Positions 14,201 through 26,200 of a stretch of DNA of 64,000 nt are shown here, in pieces. The notes beneath the pieces are model-generated. The model saw nothing but the letters and a program-made list of their open reading frames with translations. It was not told the origin of the DNA and did no database searches. Position numbers and translations under genes: made by a program. The stretch is from contig OZ038378.1 of NCBI GenBank assembly GCA_964036045.1, positions 155,124,001 through 155,188,000 on the forward strand, given 5' to 3'. Position 1 is the first letter of the stretch. Every line of letters starts with the position of its first letter. The DNA comes from Eutreptiella sp. 'Long Island Sound 2002' (Eukaryota > Protista > Euglenida).

Positions 14201-17200
14201 TCAAGTCGGAGCAGTACTGAGGGCCGGGAGCGCAGCCGGGCATGAGTCTTAGCTTGCACATGGAAGGCCGGGTTTTCGTTTCTGGGGGGGGGGGGGGGGG
14301 GATAGAGCCCTCCGGCCGGACCCCCCCCTCCTCCAAAAAGGGCTCAATTGACAGGACCCCTAAAATCCTACGGAGTCTGACCCCCAGGCCTCGGAGGTGA
14401 CCCAGACCCAAAAATCGGCAAAAAATGAAAATGGGATTTTGGGAATCAGCGCGTCGAGGGGGTTCAGAAAAGTCATCATTTGCCATAGATCTGGTGAAAG
14501 AAAAATCGACCAATTTTAGTGCTCGAAAAAATTTTCGGTGCCTTTGGCGCCAGACTTCATAATGACCGATTAATGGTGCCTGTCAATTGAGCCCTTTTCC
14601 CGAACCCCCCCCCCCAGTTTTGGGGGGCTCTATTGACCCCCCCCCCCCCCCCCCGGAAATGAAAACCCGACATGCCTAGTGCCACCTCCCTCCGCCTGCC
14701 CTGCAGGATCCGCATACCATGCGCCTTTGCAAGTCGTCCAGCTGGTGCCGCGCTTGGGCACAATTCTGTTTCTCCCTTGCAGCCTCCTGCTGATCTGCAC
14801 GGCTCGCCTCCTGAGAATGCACATGCAGACACACATGAGAACAGGCACTGCAATAAGGGCCACACATGCATTGCTGTGTGCTGTGGGCAATGCCCATCGC
14901 CCCCATCCACCCATGTCCCCCATCCCACTGTTTCCTCACACATTCATCTCCAACGAACTGGCATTACCTACAGAACACCAGTGAAGCCAACACGCTGCAG
15001 CCGGTGGCGGTGCGTCAAAAAGTTCGTGACACGAACCGCAGTTCAGAAAAGCCAACGCCATATCCCCCACTCATACTTCTCTTTCTCACCAATGCTCAAA
15101 TTTTATACGCAAATGCCGAATGTCAGGAACACACAAAATGCAGGCGCAGGTAATCAACAACAAAACATTCATGTTGTGCAATGAGAATGACTAAAACAGG
15201 CGTCAACTTGCCAGGCTGTGGTAGGCGTCCGCACAGGAAACCCTATTTCAGTGTTTTTATGGCAAAAATGACCGTTTTTTGGCCTATTTTTGGAACAAAA
15301 AGTGCTATTGCACAGACTCCAGATGTCAATTCCCAAACATTTTTTGCAGTTGTGGCGTAACAACAACCAATTTGCATTATGTAATTTCACCGTTCGGATG
15401 GGAGACTTTGTTGTCTTCAAAAAGCCGCTTTTCTGTCCCATTTCAGTGTTTTTATGGCAAAAATGACCGTTTTTTGGCCTATTTTTGGAACAAAAAGTGT
15501 TATTGCACAGACTCCAGATGTCAATTCCCAAACATTTTTTGCAGTTGTGGCGTAACAACAACCAATTTGCATTATTTAATTTCACCGTTCGGATGGGAGA
15601 CTTTGTTGTCTCCAAAAAGCCGCTTTTCTGTCCCATTTCAGTGTTTTTATGGCAAAAATGACCGTTTTTTGGCCTATTTTTTGGAACAAAAAGTGCTATT
15701 GCACAGACTCCAGATGTCAATTCCCAAATCTTTTTTTGCAGTTGTGGCGTAACAACAACCAATTTGCATTATGTAATTTCACCGTTCGGATGGGAGACTT
15801 TGTTGTGGTTACCCCTCCGGCAGTTTACTATGAAAGAACATTTTTCACTGGATTTCGGTATCAGGAAAATTGGAGCACTAGGCCCTAAGCCAAACCCCTG
15901 CATCCCCGGCTGTATGAGCTCCAGGTGTCCCTGCCCCGCCAGCGCCCGCACCATCGCCTCCTCGGACTCGCTGAGGGGTTGTCTCGAAAATCGCACACTG
16001 GACATGGCTGCGACAGCTTCCTTAGCAACCAGCTTTCTCCAAGTATGAACGGGAATGGGTACCCAACCACACTCCCCCAGCCCCTTCTCAGCCAACTCCA
16101 CTGGGACCGACTCAAAAACCCTGCCAGCACCACTTTCAGGCCCCCTCCCATCATAGGGCCTGGGCTTGGGGCTATATGGGGACAGGCCCAGGGTAACCCA
16201 GAGAAAATCAGAAAAACGCACCGCGTTCATCGCATGTACCAACAAAACCAACAGTCCTAACCGACCCCTGGTGGGTGTCGTGGAGAGATTTATAAAAATT
16301 CGGAGAATCCAAAAAACTGGGGTCCATAATCTCTGAAAAGTCATGTGTGGGGGTAATCGAATTCGACGACACTGTCGCCAAAGCTCAGACCTCCAATACC
16401 GAAACTCTGAACGTGGCAAGGGCCTGGGTCGCATAGAAGAGGTGTCATCGAACGACGACCCCAGCCCCTGCCCACACCGCGCATTTACGCGCCCTTGCTG
16501 CAAGCTCGGACGCGGTGACCGTCTTGGCGACCACGACTCGCCGCTTCTTGACGGGCTTCCGGGCCGTGGACTCTGCCCCTGCCTTGTCCCGTTTGGGCTG
16601 TTCTGGTCTCTGGACAGGTTTCGCAGTGATCTCCTCTCGGAGTGCTGATCGGGTTTTCTCGGCCTCAGACTCTGACGACCATCCGTCTCCATGATCGAGG
16701 GCTCCAATCGACTTCGGCCAGAGGTTGGTCGCCCTCGTGTCCTCCACCTTGAAGAACCATACTGCGGTACCGGGCACGTGCGTAGGCTGTGGTAATCTGG
16801 CATCTTCCCATGGTAGATCCTCCCATGTCGCCATGTATCTCCTTGCGACCTTGACTGACCTCCACCTGGCCCAGGACATGACCTCCAGGATCGTTGCCCC
16901 CGACCGCACCAGGAGGGTGGCGCCAGCCCTCCGCCACGCATGCCACCGCATGTCCGCGTGTTCTGATCCCACGAGCAAGTTGGCCATGATGTGCTGCAGC
17001 CTTGCGGCTCCTCCTTTGATGAGCGGCCCCGCGACATCCCGTCCTCTTCGCATTGCCAAGAGCCGCGCCAGCCCCATGACTCTCCGTACGTACTCACTTG
17101 CCGGCCGTGATACCCATGCCCGTCGCGTTTTGCTGTCGTAAAAGGTGACGTATCCGTTCTGCTGGTCCAAATCCTTGGGCCGTATCGATGCTGCCTCGCC

Positions 17201-20200
17201 AACCCTGAGGCAAAACGCGAGGGACAGGGTCGCGATGCAGACGCACAACATTTCCTCTTCTGTGGTGGCTTGTCTGGCCATGACCTCCAACGTTCCCAGC
17301 GACGCCCATCTCTGTCGTCTCGCTTTGCTGACCTTATCCTTCGCCCTAATAAATCTCCAAAAACTGCGTGGGACGAAGGCAGGGGCCACTTCCAACTCTT
17401 CCAATAATCTGCATGCCGAGATGGCCTGCCGCATGGAGCTGGAGGTCTTGTGTTGGCGGTACATGGAGATGAGGTACTCGCGGAGGATCTCAGTGGGCGT
17501 TTGGTCCGGGCTCTCTTCATGGGCTCCACGCATGGCCCTGATGTGACGTTCATAACATTCCCGGGTGGATACCGCCCAGGACTCCAGCATGAACCCTTGC
17601 CATCCGCCCTCTTCCGCATCCTCCTGGAATCGCAGGTATTTAATATGCCAGTCTGTGAAACTGGCCGCATCGGCCCGGACCACGATGTGTTGAGGGCCCT
17701 GCTCTGCACCCCCATCATCTGGTCCACGCCCCTGTCATTTTCGGCGGCAGTTCCACTCCCAGTGCCGGCCCCCGCAGATATCACAGTCCCCAGGCGGGGG
17801 CCGGTCACTGCGCCACTCACGGCCGTTCGACGCTACATAGAACTCCACCCCATTCCGCACAATAAACTTATGCTTACCCCGCCAAAAATACTCGGGGCCC
17901 GAAGAGCTGCCGCCGGATGAACCCGAAGTAGACGTATGCGACCGTCTCCTGGCCTTCTTGTGCTTCTTGCCTTTCCCCTTGGGGGAAGATTTCCTTCTCC
18001 CGGACTTCTCTTTGCTGCGGCCCTTTTCACCACCGCCATACCTGGCTCTCTTGTATTTCTTGGTGTATTTATGCTGGCACCTGGTCACCAAACGCCAGAG
18101 GTCCACAGCTGGGACCGCTGACACGCTGTCTTCGCCCAGGTCAGATATAGCCATTTTTACCAGGTCTAGGGCCTCCTGCATCCACTCAGTCACCCCTTCC
18201 TCTTCGCACAAGAATGCGTCAATGGTTTCCTCAGTCAGGGGCCTCTCTCCCCAGGGTACTCGCCGCGACGATGGCTCTTTCGCCGCCTGTGCTTGAGCCA
18301 GCTCTCGTTCCAATGACTCCATCCTGGTCTTCATCTCTAGCCACTCCGTACTCTCCTGCTTGACCTTCAGGCCCGAGGTCGCAGCAGCCGCCGCGGTCTG
18401 CGCCTGCTTGAACCTTTTCTGCCCGGGATCGTACTCCACTCCATTAACATCCTCCCACGCCACAACCAGGTCCATCACGTCCCCTAGGTCGATGCTCAGC
18501 TGGAGCTCCTCCTTCATCTGACCCGCCAGTTGGGGTGCATTATATCCATGCGCCGTCATCCTCATCGTGAGGGCTGCCACCTTGCGGCCAAGGACTTCTC
18601 CAGGCACTCGCGACCTCCATAGCCCGAACGCGTGCTCTGCAAAAGCGCATAGGGCCGCAGCATCCGGCTCAGACTCAGCCGGACGCTTAGTGGTACGCGC
18701 AGTGGAACTCGGTCCCCCGTTGTCTCCCATCTTTTGGTTATGTTGGTGTACAGCTCTGGCAAGTTGGTCGTTGGAGATGTCACAGTCAGCCTCAAATTCG
18801 ATGAGGCTCTCAACGTCAGTGGAAGCAAGCAAACACTCAAAAAGCTCGAAGCTTGCCAGAGCGTCCGGGAGATAAAACAACAACAAGGGGCCGAGCCCAC
18901 CTCACAAAATTCAAAATTCTGGAATACAAAAGGACCTCTGCTCTTAATGCACACCAATGCAACCCCCATTTGCAAGCAAACGGGATGTTTTTATGGCAAA
19001 AATGACCGTTTTTTGGCCTATTTTTGGAACAAAAAGTGCTATTGCACAGACTCCAGATGTCAATTCCCAAACATTTTTTGCAGTTGTGGCGTAACAACAA
19101 CCAATTTGCATTATGTAATTTCACCGTTCGGATGGGAGACTTTGTTGTCTTCAAAAAGCCGCTTTTCTGTCCCATTTCAGTGTTTTTATGGCAAAAATGA
19201 CCGTTTTTTGGCCTATTTTTGGAACAAAAAGTGCTATTGCACAGACTCCAGATGTCAATTCCCAAACATTTTTTGCAGTTGTGGCGTAACAACAACCAAT
19301 TTGCATTATTTAATTTCACCGTTCGGATGGGAGACTTTGTTGTCTTCAAAAAGCCGCTTTTCTGTCCCATTTCAGTGTTTTTATGGCAAAAATGACCGTT
19401 TTTTGGCCTATTTTTGGAACAAAAAGTGCTATTGCACAGACTCCAGATGTCAATTCCCAAACATTTTTTGCAGTTGTGGCGTAACAACAACCAATTTGCA
19501 TTATGTAATTTCACCGTTCGGATGGGAGACTTTGTTGTCTTCAAAAAGCCGCTTTTCTGTCCCATTTCAGTGTTTTTATGGCAAAAATGACCGTTTTTTG
19601 GCCTATTTTTGGAACAAAAAGTGCTATTGCACAGACTCCAGATGTCAATTCCCAAACATTTTTTCGCAATGGTGGCATAACAACAACCCTTTTATATTGT
19701 GTAATTTTACTGTTTGGATTGGAGACTTTGTTGTCTTCAAAAAGCCGCTTTTCTGTCCTATTTCAGTGCCTTCATGGCAAAAATGCAGGATCTATGGGAA
19801 CAGGGCCAAATTGATTCTTAGCGTTGTGCAGTGTTTCTCAACGTCTCACCCTTTGAGTACGCATTATAGGAGCGCCCACGACTCCATGCCACCAACCTTG
19901 TCGACCTTTAACACCAATTCCGAAATTGAAAGGAGCATTTTGAACAACAAAGATCTTCTTTTTTTAATTTTGTACACCTCCAAATTGTCTGCATCCGACC
20001 AACGCACATGCACATCATAACACAGAATTGGCCCTAAACCTGACCGAACACTTGCAGTGGTACACAAGCACACCCTCAGCTCTGCTTGATACTTTTCCAA
20101 TGCCGTGACCTGGTGTTGCAAAGCCACGCACTCCTGCGCCTGCGCTTGGGTTTCTTCGAACGTATGCTCCTTCGCCTGAAGATCAGCATTTGCTTGCTCT

Positions 20201-23200
20201 AATGCTTCAACCTGGCAAAGATATCGGCAGGCAATGCGCACACGGCGCGGCCACCCTCTTCCAGCCCCAGCACACCAGACACTCTTGCCAGGTCGGAGCA
20301 TTTTCAACAGGTCGTTGCTCACTCTGATGGGGGAATTGTATCACAGGACCCGAGGGCTTCGGATCGCCAAGTTTTACCCATCAGATTGGGCGCGGGGTGC
20401 CGGGCCCCAGTCCGACAAATGACACAGAGAGCATCTGCAATGTGCGCGAATGGTGTCCTGTTCCTCTTCAAGTTTTGCTGGCCCTGCCCTGCCCTGAACC
20501 CTGCACCCTGTACCCTGTACCCTGAAGCCTGAACCCTGCAATCCTGAGAATCAACACTCTCAACTCTGAAACACTTCACTGACCGGTATTTGCGTCTGGG
20601 GGCGGGCGTCTCGCCGTCACTGTCACTGCCACTGTCACTGTCACTGTACTCCCCCCGTCGGCAAAACAAAAGTTGCTATGCGCAACTTGTGTTCGCATTT
20701 TGCTGATTCCATGCGCCCCACAACTGCCGTCAGGCCATGGGCTTCAATTCTGAGGATGGTTTCCCCCAAAAGTGCTGCTCCCTCATCGCCCGGGGAAAAA
20801 GCTCCCGGTTTGTCCGTGGTCGATTGCATGCATGACTGCAACGCTGGCAGGGGAGGGGATGCCCCGGGGCCATTGACGCTGCAATTCTGAGCAGTAGGAC
20901 GGACAACACAATGTTACCCACAGAACTGCCCTCCCACACCCAATGCCCCCGCCCCCCTTGAGCCCCCCCCCACACAAGTGCCCTCGACCCACACGCAGGC
21001 CACACTAAAGATATGACACCGGTTGCATTACACGGTTATGAACCAGTCTTATGCGTAGCAACACCTGCTGCTGCAGCATCTCCTGTTGTCGCTTGGCGTC
21101 CATCAGCTCCTGCTTCAAAGTTGATCTCTGAAATGATGCTTGGCGCAGGTCGTTCTTGAGCTTCACTAACTGCTCCTGCAACTCCGCGTCCTGGCCACAG
21201 AGGAAGGCGGTTTGTGGCAACAAAGGGCGGTCAGCGTATGAATATCGGATGATTTGGTGATGGTGAAACATTGTGCAAAATCCTGTGCAGACTTGGCACT
21301 AGTGTCTGCCACATCAGACAGGATTTGTTGGAGCTGGCTTCTCCTGAGCCTCCCACTGAGCCGTGCACTGGATGCAGCTGGTTCCCTATTGGTGTGGCAG
21401 TGCGTGACTTAGTGGCACACGGTACGTGCTGGTTCCTCACAAAAGTAGGGTCTCTATCCGCCCAAGATTCGCAGCTTGTAAGCGCGTTTCAGGCACCGGG
21501 TTGCGGCTGTACACTGCGGGTTCTGGGTTGCGGCTGAGGGAAGTGGAGGGGTTGCAGGTACCCATGATGCTCCCCAGACATCTTGAGGCAAAAAGACGCG
21601 TTCGCAGAACAGTTATTGTACTTCACTGACACAAGTCCAGAGCACAACCGCATAGGGGGCAGGATTTGGGGGGTTTCTTGCGGATATGCCAGGGGGGGGG
21701 GGGGGTCCGGTTCCGTAGGGGGAAGCACCGCGGCCGCGCCGCGCCGCGCCATCGGGCCTCAGATTTCTATTGCCGGGATCATACAAAATCGGGTTTTGCG
21801 AGTTGCATGCGGGGCAGGACAGCTCAGTAGGGGGCAGCCAAAACCAGGAATAGCAATTTCGGAAGGGGGCGACTTGTGTCAGTGACATTACAGTACTCCC
21901 ACGGGCTCCGGTCGCAGGGGCAGCAAGACAAAGTGCTGTATGCCTTTATCTTGTATTTAGGGCATTTTTTAGGGCGATTTCTGGGCTTTTTCCCTCAGTC
22001 ACTTATCATCTCTCCACCAACTTGTCAAAACCTTAGGGCCTTTTGCACGATGATTAATTTGCACATTGAAGCCCTTGAAAAATCTTCTCTCTGCCGTTTA
22101 TCATTCACAAACTGCCCCCGAAGGTACACAGAGGGCACCGGACATTTCCAATCATTGTGACGTACCTGTTCTGGCGACGAGGTCTGCGCCCCACCACCCT
22201 CGGCTCTCGCTTCTGCTTCACTGAGCTCGCCCCTCAGTCTCTGGATTGCGGCTTGTGCTTTCACTTTGACCTTTACAACAGTGGAACGGAAGACCTGCAG
22301 GCAGACGCTACATGCCAACCTGCACGTGTGCCTTCCCAGCTGCCTGCCCGATGGTCTTTTTCCGTGCCCCGCCAGCACGCTCGGCTGTGTGTCTGCCTGC
22401 TGGCTTTGTCCGGTGGCCCACGACCCCACTGGCCTGCCTGCGCAGCCTCCTTGATGCCTTTCTGGCAGAGGTGGACCAATGGCGTCCACGCCATTGGTCG
22501 TGGACGCCCGATGGCGACATCGAGACTGCAGCTGGAGGCATCAAACATGATTGTGGCACCCCCCCTGCAGCCAGAGCGATCACATGTCACCCTGCCTGGA
22601 CTCGTGCTCGAGCCGTTCATTGGTGTGGGTGTATCTAATGGGTATTTGTGCACATGCACCTGTCTACGTTGTTTGTGTATGAGTGGATGTGCGCACGACC
22701 CCAGTGGTAAGCACTGCTGTGTCAATTTGTTACCCATCACGACGAGGGTTGGCGAGCGGGCTTCTGGCCCTCGGGGCATCCAGACTGGCTTTCTATGTCC
22801 GCCCGCCTTCATGATTGCGTGCCACGCAAATGAGTCCAGATTCAAGAAACAGATTGACACGGGCACTGAGAATTGTGGGGAACACGGGCACTGAGGATTG
22901 CTGAGGGAAACAGCAACAACAGTTCCAGAGTAGACAATGCCTGGCACCCAAAACACTCAACAGCTGCCAGTCCTGCGCCACAGGACAGGCCATGATGCGA
23001 GACTGGGTCAGCAGTCCCTCTAAGGTACGCCTCATCTGGGAAGGGGCCCACAGGGCGAATGCAGTGTCCTGGGCCACCGATGTGGTCTTTGGGGATCTCA
23101 GGGACTTACCCGGTTCCCCCTTCGAGGGATGGGTCAGTGGTAGGGTACACAGCCGGACAATTTCCGGCCTTTGCTGTGCAAAGAACGCAACCGCGACACG

Positions 23201-26200
23201 GGCAGACAATGGCAATACCTGATCCAATTGCTCCTTCGCTGCCGTCTGTTCCTCCTGTGGTGAGGCAACGGAAACGGGACTAGAAACAAAGCAATCATGG
23301 CTCTGTTTGTGCAAGTTGCATGACACTTCTCCGCTGGGATGCAAAGAGCACCATTTGCGGCCTCTCACACTACCCTCACACTACCCTCACACTACCCTCA
23401 CACTACCCTCACACTACCCTCACACTACCCTCACACTACCCTCACACTACCAGGGCTGGCTGTGGTATGATGGATAGTCTCGACCTTTCTGCACCGTTTG
23501 ATCAAAGGAAAACTCAGTCAAATATGATGAGGCGGTTTCGGGTCTCGGGGATTGGGTCATTTTGTCATTGCCGACAGTGTTATCGTGTGGGTGAAGATGC
23601 ACATGCTGAGTCAATGGCCTCAGGAAATCCGCGCTCTCCAAAAGGCACTGCACGAGGCTGAAGGGGAGCGTTTGGCTGAAACGGGAACCCGCAAAATGAA
23701 AGGTCTTGGGTCCCGAAATGACAGTGGCATGTGTGGACCAGCGCACGCTATTGATGGGGCAGGTGCCTGTCACAGCGGTTGATTTCACAACGTCCGGCAT
23801 TGTGATCTGCATCCGGGCCTCTGTGCAGATGTTTTGGGCGCTGATCAACACAAACCTCAGCACGAGAGGCCCTTTCGTACTGCGCAGCCAAATCCTCCTC
23901 GAGGCTCTTGACATTGGCCTCAGAAGCATTGAGCTCATTGCGAAGCTTCTGTATGACTGCCTTGGCCTTTGTCTTGACCTGTGCAGACCAAGTGCACGGC
24001 GGCAGTGACAACAAGGTATCTGTACATTGCATAACTTTGTGTTTCAGAAGACAAAGAGCAATTTTCGCTCCTTCACACTGCAGCAACTCGGTTAGCATGG
24101 ATTCGTCCAAAATCAAACAAGAACACAACTGAACTGCTGACCCAACTGCAACTTCGCTGTTGGGGCTACTCCAACTTAAATCAAGAATGGCTGGGAATAA
24201 GGCTAGGGATTGAGTCACACGCGCGCACCCTTGTGTTTTCTCTTTCGCGCTTCTGTTTTGGTCATAACAAAGTGTGCGTGTGTGAACACCAGATACAACA
24301 ATCAACAAAAAAATCGCTTTTGTGCCCAAAGAAGATACACGTCCTTTAAGCTTTTCCCAAGGGTATGCTTTGCGCCAGGATCGGTCGATATGTGACCTGG
24401 GTCAAAGAAGTCGTCATAGCATGGGGGTTGGTTTGGCTAGATCAAGGGGGATCCCGACCAGTTCCAAATGGAGCTCAGGCCGGTATGCCTGAGCTGGTGA
24501 TGGTGCGTTCGTTGCGCCCTATCCTTTAGAGGTTCCAATCTCCAGGGTCTGAAGGCTATCATGGGCCACACCACATGCTCCCCCTCCTTCCAGCCCCTCC
24601 TCTTCCTCCTTGCCACCCACTCAGCCCTTGTCGGGACTCACTTCCTCCTCATGCCACATGATACATCTGTGCAACCCCCCCCTATTGCACTGTTGCAGCC
24701 CCTTCTCGCAGAGCCCTGGCGCAGCCCTTATTGCAGCTTGGTACTAGACAGACTGGAATACTAGAAAATGACACGCTATCACAGGCTTGACGTGTCATGG
24801 GTGCACTTGAACGCAATGCACAACTTGCAGAGAATGTGCTCCAATAGAATGGGATGCCCTTGCGCTTGTCCAAGGCCTTTGGTCTGGACATTACCCTACA
24901 TTTTCGGGCCACAAGAGCAGGAAAGCAGGTCCTGTGCTGCGGCACGATGCACGATGCTTGCTGACAGTACAATGACATGACACACCAGTGTGCCCGTCAT
25001 CAAATTTGAAAGGGGTGGAGCAGTCCAAAAGGCACTACTTTGAACCAATCACGCCATGACAGACGGATCCCCCCCCCCCACACACACATACCTCATCCAG
25101 CTGCTCCTGCAGACCATGGCCCTCCTCAGCGGTACTCCAATTGGATGACGCACTAACTGGGCTGCTGCCACGCATGGCTTCCTAAACAGACGAGAGAGAG
25201 CCAAACAGCTACACCCCATAAGTCACACATTTCACGCGCATCCGTTTGAGTGCAACCCACGCTCCCATACCAGGGATTTGCTTAGTGGGCGTCCTACGGG
25301 ACGGGGGGGGGGGGGGGTGTCCAAACACCCCCCACCCCGTCACGAAGCAAATCCCTGTCCCATACACCTTGCCTCCCGCCATTAGTTCCAGACCTGGGTC
25401 TCCAGGAGGTCCTTCTCAAGCTTCGACACCATCGCCGTCAACTCTGGGACTCGCGCTGCCTGCTCCGTGAGTTGCTGGTTCTCCTGTGCCAAATTGTCAA
25501 ATGCCAGTGTCTTGTCTCGCAGGGCACTGGTCAAGTTGTCCATTTCTTTGCGAGTCTGAAGCAGATCTTCAGGGATGGGCTGTGAATTGGGACACCCCAC
25601 ATCCTTCTCCACTGCGGATTGATTTGCTTCCTGCAAAAAGGACATATACACGTACAGACATGAAGACCTGCACCATCAAGCAGCGCGCATCGCACCGCAC
25701 TGGCACTCCCCCCCCCATGTCTAAGACGGAGAGGCCATTCGGGTGGGGTGCCCTCTGGGCCCCCTCGTCTACGCGGGCTGTAGCGCCGCAGCCTGTGCAG
25801 CCAGCACCGGCAGCACCCCAGGGCAGGGAAGCACTCTCTGCGCCCTGGGGCCCCTCCACCTGCCCGGGGTACGCCCTCGGCCGTGGGGAGCCAGACCCAG
25901 CCCACGTGGCAGCACCACCTGTGCCGAAGGCAGTCAAGGAGTGCGGGTCTGACCCCAGTAGTGCCACGTACCACCGCCTTCCCGTGCCAATAGGCAGTCG
26001 TGGAGCGGTTGGGTAGCTTGTCCTTGTGACGTGGAGGTTGCAAGCCCAGGCCTACATCTCCCCCAGCGGGCTCAGCGTTAGGCTCTCTAGCCTCCCTGCC
26101 GGGGCCTGGAGCACTAGGCACACACTTCCCTGCGCCATGTGCGCCAACGCCGAACAACAATGGAACAAGCAGGTGTGCCACAGCCCCCCCCCCCCCCCCC

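Larger units (their letters stand above)
15807..18985 (-). mobile_element. Tyrosine-recombinase retrotransposon (VIPER/TATE-like gag-YR-RT order), 3'-truncated
   Basis: GC-rich 3,179-bp insert splitting the 195-bp satellite. It carries a Gag ORF with a zinc knuckle, a YR ORF and the start of an RT domain. No TSD; 32 bp of the satellite unit is missing at the junction. Confidence 0.85.

Noticed and set aside
18734-20020. 428-aa and 272-aa ORFs with 65-aa repeats (also 15169-15762 and 15279-15752)
   Set aside because: These are translations of the 195-bp satellite on both strands. Left unit 3 has frameshifting indels.
20480-20545. (ACCCTG)n tract as a telomeric repeat
   Set aside because: Short, degenerate and interstitial; not TTAGGG.
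20560-20670. Possible exon with a DSDSGSDSD tract
   Set aside because: The pattern is explained by a (CACTGT)n microsatellite, and no consistent phase-0 donor was found.
23625-23700. Plus-strand coiled-coil-like stretch EIRALQKALHEAEGERLAE after a CAG acceptor
   Set aside because: It is on the opposite strand to the gene, with no phase-0 donor and no partner exons. Probably chance, though an inverted exon cannot be excluded.
24472-24495. Perfect 9-bp hairpin (agctcaggc-cggtat-gcctgagct) as a Helitron 3' end or terminator
   Set aside because: No downstream CTRR or U-tract; isolated hairpins of this size are expected by chance.
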